DNA of 64,000 bases from the NCBI GenBank assembly GCA_001797615.1, contig MGPV01000017.1, positions 50,019-114,018 on the forward strand, given 5' to 3'. The DNA is from Deltaproteobacteria bacterium GWC2_65_14 (lineage in GTDB: Bacteria > Desulfobacterota > Deferrimicrobia > Deferrimicrobiales > Deferrimicrobiaceae). The notes beneath the pieces are model-generated. The model ran no database searches. It worked only from the letters and a program-made list of their open reading frames with translations, and was not told the origin of the DNA. This document shows, in pieces, positions 35,296 to 48,938 of this stretch (position 1 is its first letter; every line of letters begins with the position of its first letter). A program made the position numbers and the translations under genes.

Positions 35296-36376
35296 ACCGG
35301 CTGCGGGCGAGATTCGAGAGAACCCCGAGAGCCAGCATGTTCGTGACCATCGAGGACCCCCCGTAGCTGACGAACGGCAGCGGAATCCCCACCACGGGGA
35401 AGAGCCCGCACACCATCATCGTGTTGACCACGACATGGACGAGGAAAAAGGCGGTAATCCCCCCGCAGGCAAACGCCGCGAACCGGTCCTGGCACCGGGA
35501 GGCCAGGAAAAACCCCCGGTAGCAGAGTCCCAGGAAGAGCGCGATCAGGACCAGGGACCCGAGGAATCCCCACTCCTCGGCAAAGACTCCGAAGGCGAAA
35601 TCGGTGTGCTGCTCCGGCAGGAACCGGAGGGAGCCCTGCGTCCCCTCGAGGTACCCCTTTCCGAACAGGCCGCCCGATCCGACGGCGATCTTGGACTGGA
35701 TGACGTGGTACCCCGCGCCGAGGGGGTCCCGCTCCGGGTCCAGCAGCGTCAGCACGCGCTGCTTCTGGTACTCCCTCATCAGGAACCAGAGGACCGGGAT
35801 CCCGCCGGCGGCGAGCACCCCGAGGAGGACGAAGACCCGGGTCCGGACGCAGGCGATCACCATCATCCCGGCGAGGATGAGGAGGAGCACCCCGGCTGTC
35901 CCCAGGTCCGGCTGCAGTGCCACCAGCAGGAACGGCGGGGCCGCGATGCCGATCGACGGAAGGGTGTCGAACAGGTCCAGGCCGGCGTGGGTGTACCGGC
36001 TCGAGAAGAAGGTCGCGAGCGCCAGGATGAGCGCGATCTTGGCGAGCTCGGAGGGCTGGAGGTTGAACCCGCCGAAGGAGATCCACCGCTGGGCGCCGCC
36101 CCGGACCTTCCCGGCGATCAGGACGACCACCAGGAGGAGGAGGACCAGGAAGTAGAGGAACCAGGAGGTCTCCTCGAGGAACCCGTCTCCCACGAGATAC
36201 ACCGAAAAGAACACCCCGATCCCCAGGAGCAGCCAGATCGCTTGCTTGGAATAGAGCGGGATCCCGCGCCCTCCGAGGACCCGGGTTCCGCTGTACACGT
36301 TCAGCAGCCCGATCGCGCACAGGGAGAGGGCGATGAGACAGAGTGTCCCGTCGAGCCGCGCGAGCTTCTCCCGCAT
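35255..36376 (-). CDS. rodA: Peptidoglycan glycosyltransferase RodA (SEDS family).
   Basis: 373 aa with 10 TM segments and the SEDS family pattern. It is the last gene of the mreBCD-mrdA-rodA operon. Confidence 0.88.
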   Translation of the reverse strand: MREKLARLDGTLCLIALSLCAIGLLNVYSGTRVLGGRGIPLYSKQAIWLLLGIGVFFSVYLVGDGFLEETSWFLYFLVLLLLVVVLIAGKVRGGAQRWISFGGFNLQPSELAKIALILALATFFSSRYTHAGLDLFDTLPSIGIAAPPFLLVALQPDLGTAGVLLLILAGMMVIACVRTRVFVLLGVLAAGGIPVLWFLMREYQKQRVLTLLDPERDPLGAGYHVIQSKIAVGSGGLFGKGYLEGTQGSLRFLPEQHTDFAFGVFAEEWGFLGSLVLIALFLGLCYRGFFLASRCQDRFAAFACGGITAFFLVHVVVNTMMVCGLFPVVGIPLPFVSYGGSSMVTNMLALGVLSNLARSRFTFQRRGERLIAP

Positions 36377-36378
36377 TC

Positions 36379-38220
36379 CTACGTTCCCCCTTTCGAGCCT
36401 TCCGCCTGCCGGATCCGGAAGTATTCCTGCATCACCGCCTTCACGATGGGTGCGGCGGCGGATCCCCCGTGGCCGCCGTGCTCCACCATCGCGACGACGG
36501 CGATCTCGGGCTCCTGCACGGGGGCGAAGCCGACGAACCAGGCGTGGTCGCGGATCTCGTAGGGGAGATGCTCCGATTTGACTCTCTTCCCCTTCATCGC
36601 CGCCACCTGGGCCGTGCCGCTCTTTCCCCCCACCTCGATCCCGGGAAGCTTCGCCGCCCCCCCGGTGCCGTGGTCGTTCACGACCCCCGAGAGCGACCGT
36701 TTCAGGAAGGCGGCCGTTTCCGGGCGGAACTGCAGGCTGGCTTTCACCTCCTCCGGGACCTCCTCCACCGTCCCGTCGAACCGGAGGATCCTGCGCACCA
36801 GCCGGGGACGTACCACCTTACCCTCCGCGGCGATCGCCGAGTAGGCGGAGAGCATCCCCAGCGGCGTCACGTGGATCGCCCCCTGGCCGATCCCCAGCAG
36901 GACGCTGTCGGACGGGAGCCACCGCTCCTTCCTCGCTTCCCGCTTCCAGGCGACGTCGGGCACCAGCCCCTTCCGCTCCCCCGGCAGGTCGATCCCCGTC
37001 TGCACGCCGAGACCCATTCGACGTTCCAGTTCCGCCACCCGGTCCGGGTCCAGCTTCAGCCCGAGGGTGTAGAAGTAGACGTCGCAGGACTGGACAACCG
37101 CCTTGTACATGTCGACGCGTCCGTGCCCCTTCTCCTTCCAGCAACGGAAGCTCCGGTTCCCGAGCGTGAAGGATCCGTTGCAGGAAACCGCGGCCCGCGG
37201 GTCCTGTGCCCCCGATTCCAGCGCCTCGAGGACCAGCAGCGGCTTCACCGTCGATCCCGGCGCGTAGGTTCCCTGGACCCCCTTGCTCTGCATCGGGTTG
37301 CGGGGGTTCCGGACCAGCGCCTGCCATTCCTCCGCCTTCAGCTTCCGGGAAAAGAGGTTCGGGTCGTAGGCCGGCGTGGAGACCAGCGCGAGGATCTCCC
37401 CGCTCCGCGGATCCATCGCGATGACGGCGCCGGCCCGGGTTCCCATCGCGTCGTACGCCGCTTTCTGGATCTCCGCGTCCAGCGTGGTCTGGACGGTATC
37501 CCCCCTCCTCGGGGTGACTTCCCTCACGAGACGCCGGTCCCTTCCTGCGGCGTCCACCTCGACGTACCGCCCCCCGTTCTCCCCCCGAAGGGCGCTTCCC
37601 CAGGTCTTCTCCAACCCGTTCTTCCCGACGAGGTCCCCCATGAAGACCCCGCCGTTATCCCCCGGATCCAGTTCCTCCTCGCTCGCCTCCCCCACGTATC
37701 CCAGCACGTGCGCAAACTGCGCCCCGAACGGGTAGCTCCGTTTCGCCTCGACGAGGATGGAGAAGCCGGGGAGCGCCTCCCGGTTCAGCTCGATGACCGA
37801 CACCTGCTCGAACCGGATGTCCCGGGCCACGGTGATGCTCTTGAAGGGGTTCTTCCTCTTCGCGGCGAGGATCCGCTCCCGGGTCTCGGCGGGGTCGAAG
37901 TCCACCACCTCGGCGAGCAGGCGGAGCTCCCGCTCGAGATCCGGCACGTCGCCCGGGAAACAGATCAGGTCGAAGGAGGCGGCGGTCTCGGCGATGGAGC
38001 GGCCCTTCCGGTCGAGGATGACCCCCCGGGGAGCCCGGATCGCCCGGAGCCGGAGCCGGTTGTTCTCGGAGAGGGTGCGGAAATGCTCGCTGCGCACCAC
38101 CTGCATCCAGTAGAGCCGGCCGAGGAGCAGCAGGAAGAACCCCAGGGCGATCCATTGCAGCAGCCCGATCCGGGCGCCGACCCAGGGATCCTGCTCCCGC
38201 TGCCGGATCCTCTCCCTCAT
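36379..38220 (-). CDS. mrdA: Penicillin-binding protein 2 (peptidoglycan D,D-transpeptidase MrdA).
   Basis: The start MRERIRQREQDPW overlaps the mreD stop. It has an N-terminal TM helix, a PBP dimerisation domain and a transpeptidase domain with STVKP (SxxK), SCN-like (SxN) and KSGTA (KTG) motifs. Confidence 0.9.
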   Translation of the reverse strand: MRERIRQREQDPWVGARIGLLQWIALGFFLLLLGRLYWMQVVRSEHFRTLSENNRLRLRAIRAPRGVILDRKGRSIAETAASFDLICFPGDVPDLERELRLLAEVVDFDPAETRERILAAKRKNPFKSITVARDIRFEQVSVIELNREALPGFSILVEAKRSYPFGAQFAHVLGYVGEASEEELDPGDNGGVFMGDLVGKNGLEKTWGSALRGENGGRYVEVDAAGRDRRLVREVTPRRGDTVQTTLDAEIQKAAYDAMGTRAGAVIAMDPRSGEILALVSTPAYDPNLFSRKLKAEEWQALVRNPRNPMQSKGVQGTYAPGSTVKPLLVLEALESGAQDPRAAVSCNGSFTLGNRSFRCWKEKGHGRVDMYKAVVQSCDVYFYTLGLKLDPDRVAELERRMGLGVQTGIDLPGERKGLVPDVAWKREARKERWLPSDSVLLGIGQGAIHVTPLGMLSAYSAIAAEGKVVRPRLVRRILRFDGTVEEVPEEVKASLQFRPETAAFLKRSLSGVVNDHGTGGAAKLPGIEVGGKSGTAQVAAMKGKRVKSEHLPYEIRDHAWFVGFAPVQEPEIAVVAMVEHGGHGGSAAAPIVKAVMQEYFRIRQAEGSKGGT

Positions 38221-38702
38221 TCCCGGACCCGCTGCCAGCGCGACGACAGGTCCAGGAACAGGAAGACGGCGACCAGGGAGGTCCAGGCGATCCGGACCGT
38301 CTCCTTCCACCCCCAGAGCAGAGAGAAGATCCGGGCGCCGGAAAGGTGCATCAGCAGAACGATCGAGAAGGACTCGACGGAGAGCAGCCCCGCGGCGACC
38401 GCCAGAACGTGCAGCTCCGACCGGAAAAACACGCGCAGGCCGATCTCCCGGGAGAGGAAATAGAGCGCCATCGACGCGAAGAAGAACGATCCGGGAGGGG
38501 CGCCGACCGTCAGTTCCCGAAACAGGGCGGGGGGCAGGGCGACGAGGAACCCGAGGGGCCCCTGGAGGAACAGACCCGCATAGACGATCGCAAGGAACGA
38601 GAAGTCCGGGAGAAGGTACCAGGGAAGCAGGCCGGACAGCAGCCAGACATTTGCGGCGGTCCCGGCGAAGGAGATCGCGAGCAGCGCAAGGACGGGCTTC
38701 AC
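38217..38702 (-). CDS. mreD: Rod shape-determining protein MreD.
   Basis: 161-aa polytopic membrane protein between mreC and mrdA. It has a GTG start overlapping the mreC stop (GTGA). The rest of the 433-aa track ORF is artefact. Confidence 0.72.
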   Translation of the reverse strand: MKPVLALLAISFAGTAANVWLLSGLLPWYLLPDFSFLAIVYAGLFLQGPLGFLVALPPALFRELTVGAPPGSFFFASMALYFLSREIGLRVFFRSELHVLAVAAGLLSVESFSIVLLMHLSGARIFSLLWGWKETVRIAWTSLVAVFLFLDLSSRWQRVRE

Positions 38703-39541
38703 GGGTTCGCGGCTCCGAACGGGACCGTCGGACGGGAGAGGATGACCAGGACCTCCTCGACCGCATCGAAGCGGACCACGCTCACGACCTGGATCTTCAG
38801 GAAGAGGCCCTCCCGGGGGCGGTCCACGCTGAGCACCGTCCCCAGCGGCGTTCCCTTGGGCATGATGCCGTCGAATCCCGAGAAGAGGATCCGGTCCCCC
38901 GGCGCGACATCCTGGGTGGGGGCGACATACTTCAGCCGGCAGAGGGTTCCCCCCATCCCCTCCGCGATCGCCTTCACGCGGGTTCTCTCGACGATCACGT
39001 CGGCCGCGAACCGCCCGTCCGACAGCAGGAGGACCTCGGAGTATCCCCTGTAGCTCTTGTGCACGCGGCCGACGGCGCCCTCGGGGGTGACCACGGCCAT
39101 CCCGGGGACGACGCCGCGCTCCGTCCCCGCGTCGATGAAGATCCCCTGGAACCATGGGGAGATCTCGTGGCCGATCACCCGGGCGCCGGCCGTCTTCTTC
39201 TCCACCGTCTTCGAGAAGTCGAGCAGACGTTTCAGCCGCTCGTTTTCGAGCGCGACGTCTCTCCCCTCCCGGACCTTCTCCCGGAGGGTTTCGACCTCCC
39301 GGCGGAGCTCCTCGTTCTCGCGGGAAACCCCCACCAGCGCGACATACCGTGACCAGGCCGAGTGGATCCGCTGGCGGAGGAAGTCGACGGCCGAGTAGAC
39401 GGGCCGGAAGACCTCCGCCCCGCGTCCCCGCGCCTCCTGGGCGAAGGACACTTGCGGCGGGCGCAGAAAGAGCTGGATGGCGACCGCGAGCAGCGCGACC
39501 GCCGTGAGCAGGCGCCACCAGGTGCGAAGATACCGTCTCAT
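38699..39541 (-). CDS. mreC: Rod shape-determining protein MreC.
   Basis: 280 aa with an N-terminal TM helix, a coiled-coil region (ENEELRREVETLREKV) and beta-rich C-terminal domains typical of MreC. Confidence 0.85.
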   Translation of the reverse strand: MRRYLRTWWRLLTAVALLAVAIQLFLRPPQVSFAQEARGRGAEVFRPVYSAVDFLRQRIHSAWSRYVALVGVSRENEELRREVETLREKVREGRDVALENERLKRLLDFSKTVEKKTAGARVIGHEISPWFQGIFIDAGTERGVVPGMAVVTPEGAVGRVHKSYRGYSEVLLLSDGRFAADVIVERTRVKAIAEGMGGTLCRLKYVAPTQDVAPGDRILFSGFDGIMPKGTPLGTVLSVDRPREGLFLKIQVVSVVRFDAVEEVLVILSRPTVPFGAANP

Positions 39542-39580
39542 CCAGCGGACTTCAGGGCGGCTCGGTTCCGGAGGCGGCTC

Positions 39581-40744
<1,164 letters not shown>

Positions 40745-40800
40745 TTAGCATAGGATGTTCCGGTCCCTATCCAACGACATCGACAGGGGAGACAGGCTTC

Positions 40801-42669
40801 ATGCTCAGCATCCTCCGAAAGCACGCAGGCTCGTGGTTCATCAAGTTCATCCTGGCCTTCATCGCCCTCACCTTCGTCTGGTGGGGGGTGGGAACCTACT
40901 CCGAGCGGGAGCGGGAACTGGCCGCGACCGTGGGGTCGACCCGGATCACCATGTCGGAACTGGGCGAGGCGATGGCGGGTCTCGAGAAATCGTACCGCGA
41001 CGTGTACGGAAACGCCTTCACCCCGGAGATGGCGAAAGCGCTCGACCTGAGGCGGCAGGCGCTCGACGGTCTCGTCCAGCGGGCGCTGTTCCTCGCCGAG
41101 GCGAAGAAAATGGGGATCGTCGCCAGGAAGGCGGAGGTGCAGCGGGAGATCGCCGCCACCCCCGCGTTCCAGGTCGACGGCCAGTTCCGGGAGGACCGGT
41201 ACCTGGGCGTTCTCTCCTACAACCGGGTCTCCCCGGCGGAATACGAGGCGGCCAAGCGGGACGAGATCACCCTCCGGAAAATGGAGGGGCTGCTCACCGC
41301 CTCCTCCCGGGTCTCCGCGGAGGAAGCGCGGGAATTCTTCGACCTGAGCTACCGGAAGATCCGCCTGCTCGTCGTCGCCGCGGACCCTGCGGCGATCCGG
41401 AACACGTTTGCGCCGACGGAGGGGGAGATCGCCGCGAACTACGGGCAGACGAACGAGAAATACCGGATCCCGGCCCGCGTGAGGCTTTCGGTGGCCCGGT
41501 TCACCCCGGAATTCTTCGCCCGGAAGGCGGAGCCGTCCGAGGAGGAGATCCGCTCCTTCCACGAGGGAAACGCCGACCGGTTCCGCACGGAGGAGTCGCG
41601 GCTTCTTTCCCACCTCCTCCTCCCCTATGCGGAGAAGAACCGGGACGCGGTCCGGAAGAAGGTCGAGGAGCTCCTCCCCGAGGCAAATACGGGGCGGGAG
41701 CGGTTCGACGCCCTGGCGAAGCGGTATCCCCTCGGGAAAGCGAAGGCGGAGTGGTTCACCCGCCGCGACCTGCGTCCGGAGGTGGCGGAGGCCGCCTTCG
41801 CGACGGGAGTGGATTCGGTGGCGGGCCCGCTGGACATGGGCCGGGGGTTTCTCCTCGTGCGGGTCAACCAGATCCGGTTCCCCGAGTCGCTCCCCCTGGC
41901 CCAGGTTCGGGAACGGGTGGTCTCCCTCCTCAAGCGGGAAAAGGGGAAGGACCTTGCGGTCGTGAAGGCCTACGAGGCGCACGGAAAGGCGACGGAGTCG
42001 CAGGATCTCGCGGCCTCCTGCGCCCCCTACGGGATCGTCCCGGGCGAAACGGGATGGCTCTCCGGCGAACCTTCCGGGGAACTCCCCCCGCAGGTCGTCC
42101 AGGAGGCGCTCCTGCTCCGCACGGGGGAGATCGGCCCCGTCAAGACGGTCGGCGACATCCATTACCTGTTCCGGGTCGTCGCGAAGGAGGACTCCCGGAT
42201 CCCCCCGCTCGACGCCGTGCGGGAACGGTTGCGGCAGGCCCTCCTCGCCGCGAAGAGGGAAGCGGAGGCCAGATCCGGGCTCGAGAAGGCGCTGGCCGGG
42301 GCGAAGACGGCGGCGGAGCTGGAGCGGAACGCGAAGCAGGGAGGGTTTCGCGTCGGGAGCACCTCCTATTTCCTTCCCCTCTCCGGGGATCTCCCGGGGG
42401 CCCTCGCGGGCGCGGGGGAGATCCGCAGGGACCTGATCGGTCTCTCTTCGGCGAACCCGGTGTCCCCCAAGATCTTCCGGTCGGGCCCGTTCTTTCTGGC
42501 CGTCGCATTCCTTGGGGAGCAGCCCCCCGCAGCGAAGGAACGGGAAACCGGCATGGAGGCCTTCACCACGGAGCTCGTGGAGCGGAAAAAAACCGGTCTG
42601 ATCGGGGCCTTCCTCGCGGAGCGGAAGAAAACGGCCAAGGTGGAGATCCATCCCCAGGCGCTGCAATAG
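40801..42669 (+). CDS. ppiD: Periplasmic chaperone / peptidyl-prolyl cis-trans isomerase PpiD (SurA-like N-terminal domain plus parvulin-like domain).
   Basis: 622 aa with an N-terminal membrane anchor (WFIKFILAFIALTFVWWG) and a SurA_N-like region (MAKALDLRRQALDGLVQRALFLAEAKK). The length and architecture match PpiD. Confidence 0.78.
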   Translation: MLSILRKHAGSWFIKFILAFIALTFVWWGVGTYSERERELAATVGSTRITMSELGEAMAGLEKSYRDVYGNAFTPEMAKALDLRRQALDGLVQRALFLAEAKKMGIVARKAEVQREIAATPAFQVDGQFREDRYLGVLSYNRVSPAEYEAAKRDEITLRKMEGLLTASSRVSAEEAREFFDLSYRKIRLLVVAADPAAIRNTFAPTEGEIAANYGQTNEKYRIPARVRLSVARFTPEFFARKAEPSEEEIRSFHEGNADRFRTEESRLLSHLLLPYAEKNRDAVRKKVEELLPEANTGRERFDALAKRYPLGKAKAEWFTRRDLRPEVAEAAFATGVDSVAGPLDMGRGFLLVRVNQIRFPESLPLAQVRERVVSLLKREKGKDLAVVKAYEAHGKATESQDLAASCAPYGIVPGETGWLSGEPSGELPPQVVQEALLLRTGEIGPVKTVGDIHYLFRVVAKEDSRIPPLDAVRERLRQALLAAKREAEARSGLEKALAGAKTAAELERNAKQGGFRVGSTSYFLPLSGDLPGALAGAGEIRRDLIGLSSANPVSPKIFRSGPFFLAVAFLGEQPPAAKERETGMEAFTTELVERKKTGLIGAFLAERKKTAKVEIHPQALQ

Positions 42670-42823
42670 CCGCCCGCCGGGTCCGGCAGCGATCCATCCC
42701 TTCCCCCCCTCCCTCTCCCGGGAGGGTTCCCGGGGGGGGCGGACGCTGCCTCTGATCGTTTCCGCCCTTCTGCTCTTCCTGGCGGCGGGGGCTGTCCCAT
42801 CCCCCGCCGGGGAGCGCGCCACC

Positions 42824-43804
42824 GTGACGGAGATCGTGGACGGCGACACGGTGCGGGTCCTCCTGGGAGGGGAAGAGCGGACGGTCCGCCTGATCGGCAT
42901 CGACGCCCCGGAGAAGGGGCACCCCTCCCGGCCCGTGGAGTTCCTCGCCGCCGAGGCGGCCGCGGCCCTCTCCTCCCTCTGCGCGGGAAACCCGGTGATC
43001 CTGGAAACGGACCGGGAGGATTCCGACGAGTACGGGCGGCTCCTGCGGTACCTGGTCCTTCCCCCTCCGGACGGACGGCTCGTCAATCTGGAAATGGTGC
43101 GGAAGGGGCACGCCCGGGTCCTGACCCGATTCCCCTTCTCCCGGAAATCCGACTATCTGCGGGAGGAGGAGCGGGTGAGGCGGGAGGGAGCCGGCGTCTG
43201 GGCCGACGGCGGAATGGCGGAACTCCGCTGGCTCGCGCAGCGCCATCCCGACCCGGTCCGGGTCCATCCGGCGGGAGGAGGACGATACGCCGTCGTCCAC
43301 GACGGGTGGGGGAAGCCCGGGATCCGGGAGAAGGAGGTGGGGCGCGAGGCCGGGAAGATCGCCCGCCTGGCCGTCGAGTTTGCCGGGGCCGACCTCCCGC
43401 GGGAGGCCCGGAAAGCCGGCTTTCTCCCCCTGTCCCCGGAACGGCGCGCCCCGGGCACGCGGGGACCGGGCGAAACGCCCCCTTCCGGAACGGTTCCCTT
43501 TGAAGCGGCGTCAGGCCACGAAGGGCGGGAGATCACGGTGGAGGGGGAAATCGTCCGGACCTACCGGAGCCGGCGCAACCTCTACCTCAACTTCCATCCG
43601 AACTGGAAACGGTACCTCTCCATCGTGGTTCCGGATGAGGAACTGGCGCGGTTCCCGCGGCCGCCTGAAACCTTCTACCGGGGGAAGCGGATCCGCGTCA
43701 CGGGGACGGTGTCGCTGTCCCAGGGGGCGCCGCAGATCGTCATCCGGTCGCCGGAGGCGATCGCCGTGCTCCCCCCGTCTCCCCCGCCGCCCGGCGTCCG
43801 GTAG
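42824..43804 (+). CDS. Thermonuclease (SNase-like) domain protein with a C-terminal extension. The true start is probably upstream, at a signal peptide.
   Basis: DGDTVRV...VRLIGIDAPE is the staphylococcal nuclease fold. The in-frame upstream sequence encodes TLPLIVSALLLFLAAGAVPSPA with no canonical start codon before the annotated GTG, so the start is uncertain. Confidence 0.65.
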   Translation: MTEIVDGDTVRVLLGGEERTVRLIGIDAPEKGHPSRPVEFLAAEAAAALSSLCAGNPVILETDREDSDEYGRLLRYLVLPPPDGRLVNLEMVRKGHARVLTRFPFSRKSDYLREEERVRREGAGVWADGGMAELRWLAQRHPDPVRVHPAGGGRYAVVHDGWGKPGIREKEVGREAGKIARLAVEFAGADLPREARKAGFLPLSPERRAPGTRGPGETPPSGTVPFEAASGHEGREITVEGEIVRTYRSRRNLYLNFHPNWKRYLSIVVPDEELARFPRPPETFYRGKRIRVTGTVSLSQGAPQIVIRSPEAIAVLPPSPPPPGVR

Positions 43805-43828
43805 CCGGAGGGAGCTCCCCCCGCGGGC

Positions 43829-43862
43829 AAAAAAACCAGGGCGCGGCGGAGGCCGCGCCCTG
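43829..43862. terminator. Rho-independent terminator for hppA (minus strand), possibly bidirectional.
   Basis: AAAAAAA, then CAGGGCGCGGC-GGAG-GCCGCGCCCTG, a perfect 11-bp stem. On the minus strand the stem is followed by a TTTTTTT run. Confidence 0.65.
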
Positions 43863-43888
43863 TCCGGTAGAACCGGCTGTGGATCCGA

Positions 43889-46465
<2,577 letters not shown>

Positions 46466-46696
46466 TCCTTCCTCTCCTTGTTGTGTGATGAACGCCGTGA
46501 CGGGGGGATCTCCCCCGGAATCCGGACGAAAACGGAACGAAACCGTGCGCCGCAGGTTCCTGCCGGGCACATTAAACCGTCCTTGAATACCACGACTCCC
46601 CCCCACCGTCAAGGGGAAAACCGGCCGCCCAGACCCATTCCCGATGGAGCACACTCCGCGAAGGATGCCGGAGAGGGACCCCGGCTCGCGGGGGAG

Positions 46697-46809
46697 GGTC
46701 CCCGGTTGCCGGCGGAGCTGCCGCAGGAGGGGGGATGAGCGGAGATAAAAAGATTGATCCGCGGGCGGAGGGCGGGCGAAGCGAAGCCCCCCTCCGAGGC
46801 GGCGGAGCC
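46697..46809. repeat. ~113-nt intergenic repeat, copy B (upstream of dusB), homologous to copy A at 32040..32159.
   Basis: GGTCCCCGGTTGCCGGCGGAGCTGCCGCAGGAGGGG...GCGAAGCCCCCCTCCGAGGCGGCGGAGCC, with the same termini and orientation as copy A. Confidence 0.55.
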
Positions 46810-46866
46810 CTCTCCGGAAACCCACGAGACGGGGGCAGCGGCGCGGCGGAGTGATATAGTTGGGGG

Positions 46867-47823
46867 ATGGATTTCACCGGGAAACTGATCCTCGCCCCGC
46901 TCGCCGGGATCACCGACACCACCTTCCGAAGGCTCTGCCGGGAGAACGGGGCGGACATGGTCGTGACCGAGATGGCCTCCGCGAAGGGGATCCTCCGCGC
47001 CCCCGGCCGGACGGGCAGGTTCCTCGAGTATTCCGGGGAGGAGCGCCCGGTCGGGGCGCAGATCTTCGGGGCCGACCCCGGGGAGGTGGGGGCGGCGGCG
47101 GCCGAGATCGGACGGATGGGGTTCGACTTCGTGGACATCAACATGGGATGCCCCGTCCGGAGAGTCACGGCGGGCGGGGCCGGGGCGGCCCTGTGGTCGG
47201 ATCCCCCGCTTGCCGGCAGGATCGTCTCGGCGGCGGTCCGGGACGCCGGCATCCCGGTCACCGTCAAGATCCGTTCCGGGTTCGGGCAGGATCCCGGCGG
47301 CTACCTCGAGGTGGCGCGGGAGGCCTTCGCCGCGGGGGCGGCGGCCGTCACCCTCCACCCCCGAACGCGGGGGCAGATGTTCTCGGGACGAGCGGACTGG
47401 AGTCAGATCGCCCGGTTGAAGGAGGAATTCCCCGGCCGGGTCGTGATCGGGAACGGGGACGTCCGGGCACCGGAGGACGCGGCGCGGATCGTCGCGGAGA
47501 CCGGGTGCGACTCCGTGATGATCGGAAGGGCCGCGCTCGGAAACCCCTGGATCTTCGGCGAGGCGAAACGGTCGGCGATGGCGGCGGCGGGAGGAGGACC
47601 GGGGCCGGTCCTGCCGGGCCCGGACCCGGAGGCGCGGAAAGCGCTGATCCTTCGCCACGGAGAGGAGATGCACCGCCGCCACGGGGAACACGGGATCCGG
47701 GAGATGCGCAAGCACCTGGCCTGGTACAGCCGGGGGATTCCGGGGGCGGCCGCCTTCCGCGGCCGGCTGGTCGGGGTCCGCACCCTCGCGGAACTCCGGG
47801 AGGCCGTGGAGCGATTCTTTTGA
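46867..47823 (+). CDS. dusB: tRNA-dihydrouridine synthase (DusB-like).
   Basis: LILAPLAGITDTTFRRL, MVVTEMASAKG, a TIM-barrel Dus signature (VDINMGCP.. and the active-site Cys) and a C-terminal helical domain. Confidence 0.85.
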   Translation: MDFTGKLILAPLAGITDTTFRRLCRENGADMVVTEMASAKGILRAPGRTGRFLEYSGEERPVGAQIFGADPGEVGAAAAEIGRMGFDFVDINMGCPVRRVTAGGAGAALWSDPPLAGRIVSAAVRDAGIPVTVKIRSGFGQDPGGYLEVAREAFAAGAAAVTLHPRTRGQMFSGRADWSQIARLKEEFPGRVVIGNGDVRAPEDAARIVAETGCDSVMIGRAALGNPWIFGEAKRSAMAAAGGGPGPVLPGPDPEARKALILRHGEEMHRRHGEHGIREMRKHLAWYSRGIPGAAAFRGRLVGVRTLAELREAVERFF

Positions 47824-48938
47824 ACGATCTCTTCCGGCAGACGCTCGAGTCGGCGAACATAGGGATCCTCGTCTTCCGGGGAAACGGAAGGCTCGCCTAC
47901 CTGAACCCCGCCGCCGAGGAGATCCTGCAGGGGTCGGAGCGTGCCTTGTCCGGGAAATCCTACAGGACGATCTTCCGCGGCTCCCCCGTGGCCGTCCGGA
48001 TCCTCCGGAAGGCGCTGGAGGAGCACTCCGCGGTCACCGCCTACGACGTGGATCTCGCGCCCGTTCGGCGGTCGCCGGCGGCGGGGGAGCCCTCGCAGGC
48101 GCTCCCGGCGATCCTCGGAGCCTCCCCCCTGACCGGCCCGGCGGGAGATGCGGGCGGGGCCGTGCTGACGATCAAGCCGGCGGAGATCCTCTCGATGGTC
48201 GGCCAGGAGGAACGGGCCGCCGTGAGCGCCGAAGAGATGCAGACGCTGGCCTACGGGATCGCCCACGAGATCAAGAACCCGCTCGGGGGGATCCGGGGGG
48301 CCGCCCAGTGGATGCTCCGGGAGGAGACCCCCGAGGAAGAGCGGCGCGAGGGGACCCGGCTGATCCTGCGGGAGGCGGAACGGATCGACGGCCTCGTGGA
48401 GAAGATGCTCGAACTGGGGAGGCAGCCCCCCCCGCCCCGCCCCTTCCCCCTTTTCCCGGTCCTCCGGGAGGCGGAGGAGCTGATCCGCTCCGACGTCCGC
48501 GCCCGGGGGAAGGAGATCCGGTTCGAGCTGGCGGCCGACCCGAGCCTCCCTCCCGTCTCCGGCCATCCCGACACGATCTTCCGGGCGGTCGTGAACATCC
48601 TGAAGAACGCGGTGGAGGCGATCCCGGAGCGGGGGACCGTCCGGATCGGCACGCGGCTGAACGTGAACTACCGGTGGGGCAGGGGCAGGGGGCGGAGGCG
48701 CTCCTTCGTGGAGATCTCGGTCACGGACAGCGGGGTGGGGATGACGGAGGAGGACGCCCGAAAGGCGGTTCTCCCCTTCTACACCACGAAGCCGCAAGGG
48801 ACCGGCCTGGGGCTCGTCATGGCACGCCAGGCGGTCTCCCGGCACGGGGGAAAGATGGAAATTAAGTCGGTGCGGGGAGAGGGCACCACGGTTACAATAT
48901 CCCTTCCGATCGACACCGGAAAGAAGACGGTCCCGTGA
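47820..48938 (+). CDS. Sensor histidine kinase (PAS plus HisKA plus HATPase_c; NtrB-like).
   Basis: The probable TTG start overlaps the dusB stop. A PAS-like N-terminus is followed by H-box AYGIAHEIKNPLGGI, N-box ILKNAVEA and G-boxes DSGVGM / GTGLGL. The first ~320 aa of the 692-aa track ORF (46860..) is artefact. Confidence 0.78.
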   Translation: MNDLFRQTLESANIGILVFRGNGRLAYLNPAAEEILQGSERALSGKSYRTIFRGSPVAVRILRKALEEHSAVTAYDVDLAPVRRSPAAGEPSQALPAILGASPLTGPAGDAGGAVLTIKPAEILSMVGQEERAAVSAEEMQTLAYGIAHEIKNPLGGIRGAAQWMLREETPEEERREGTRLILREAERIDGLVEKMLELGRQPPPPRPFPLFPVLREAEELIRSDVRARGKEIRFELAADPSLPPVSGHPDTIFRAVVNILKNAVEAIPERGTVRIGTRLNVNYRWGRGRGRRRSFVEISVTDSGVGMTEEDARKAVLPFYTTKPQGTGLGLVMARQAVSRHGGKMEIKSVRGEGTTVTISLPIDTGKKTVP

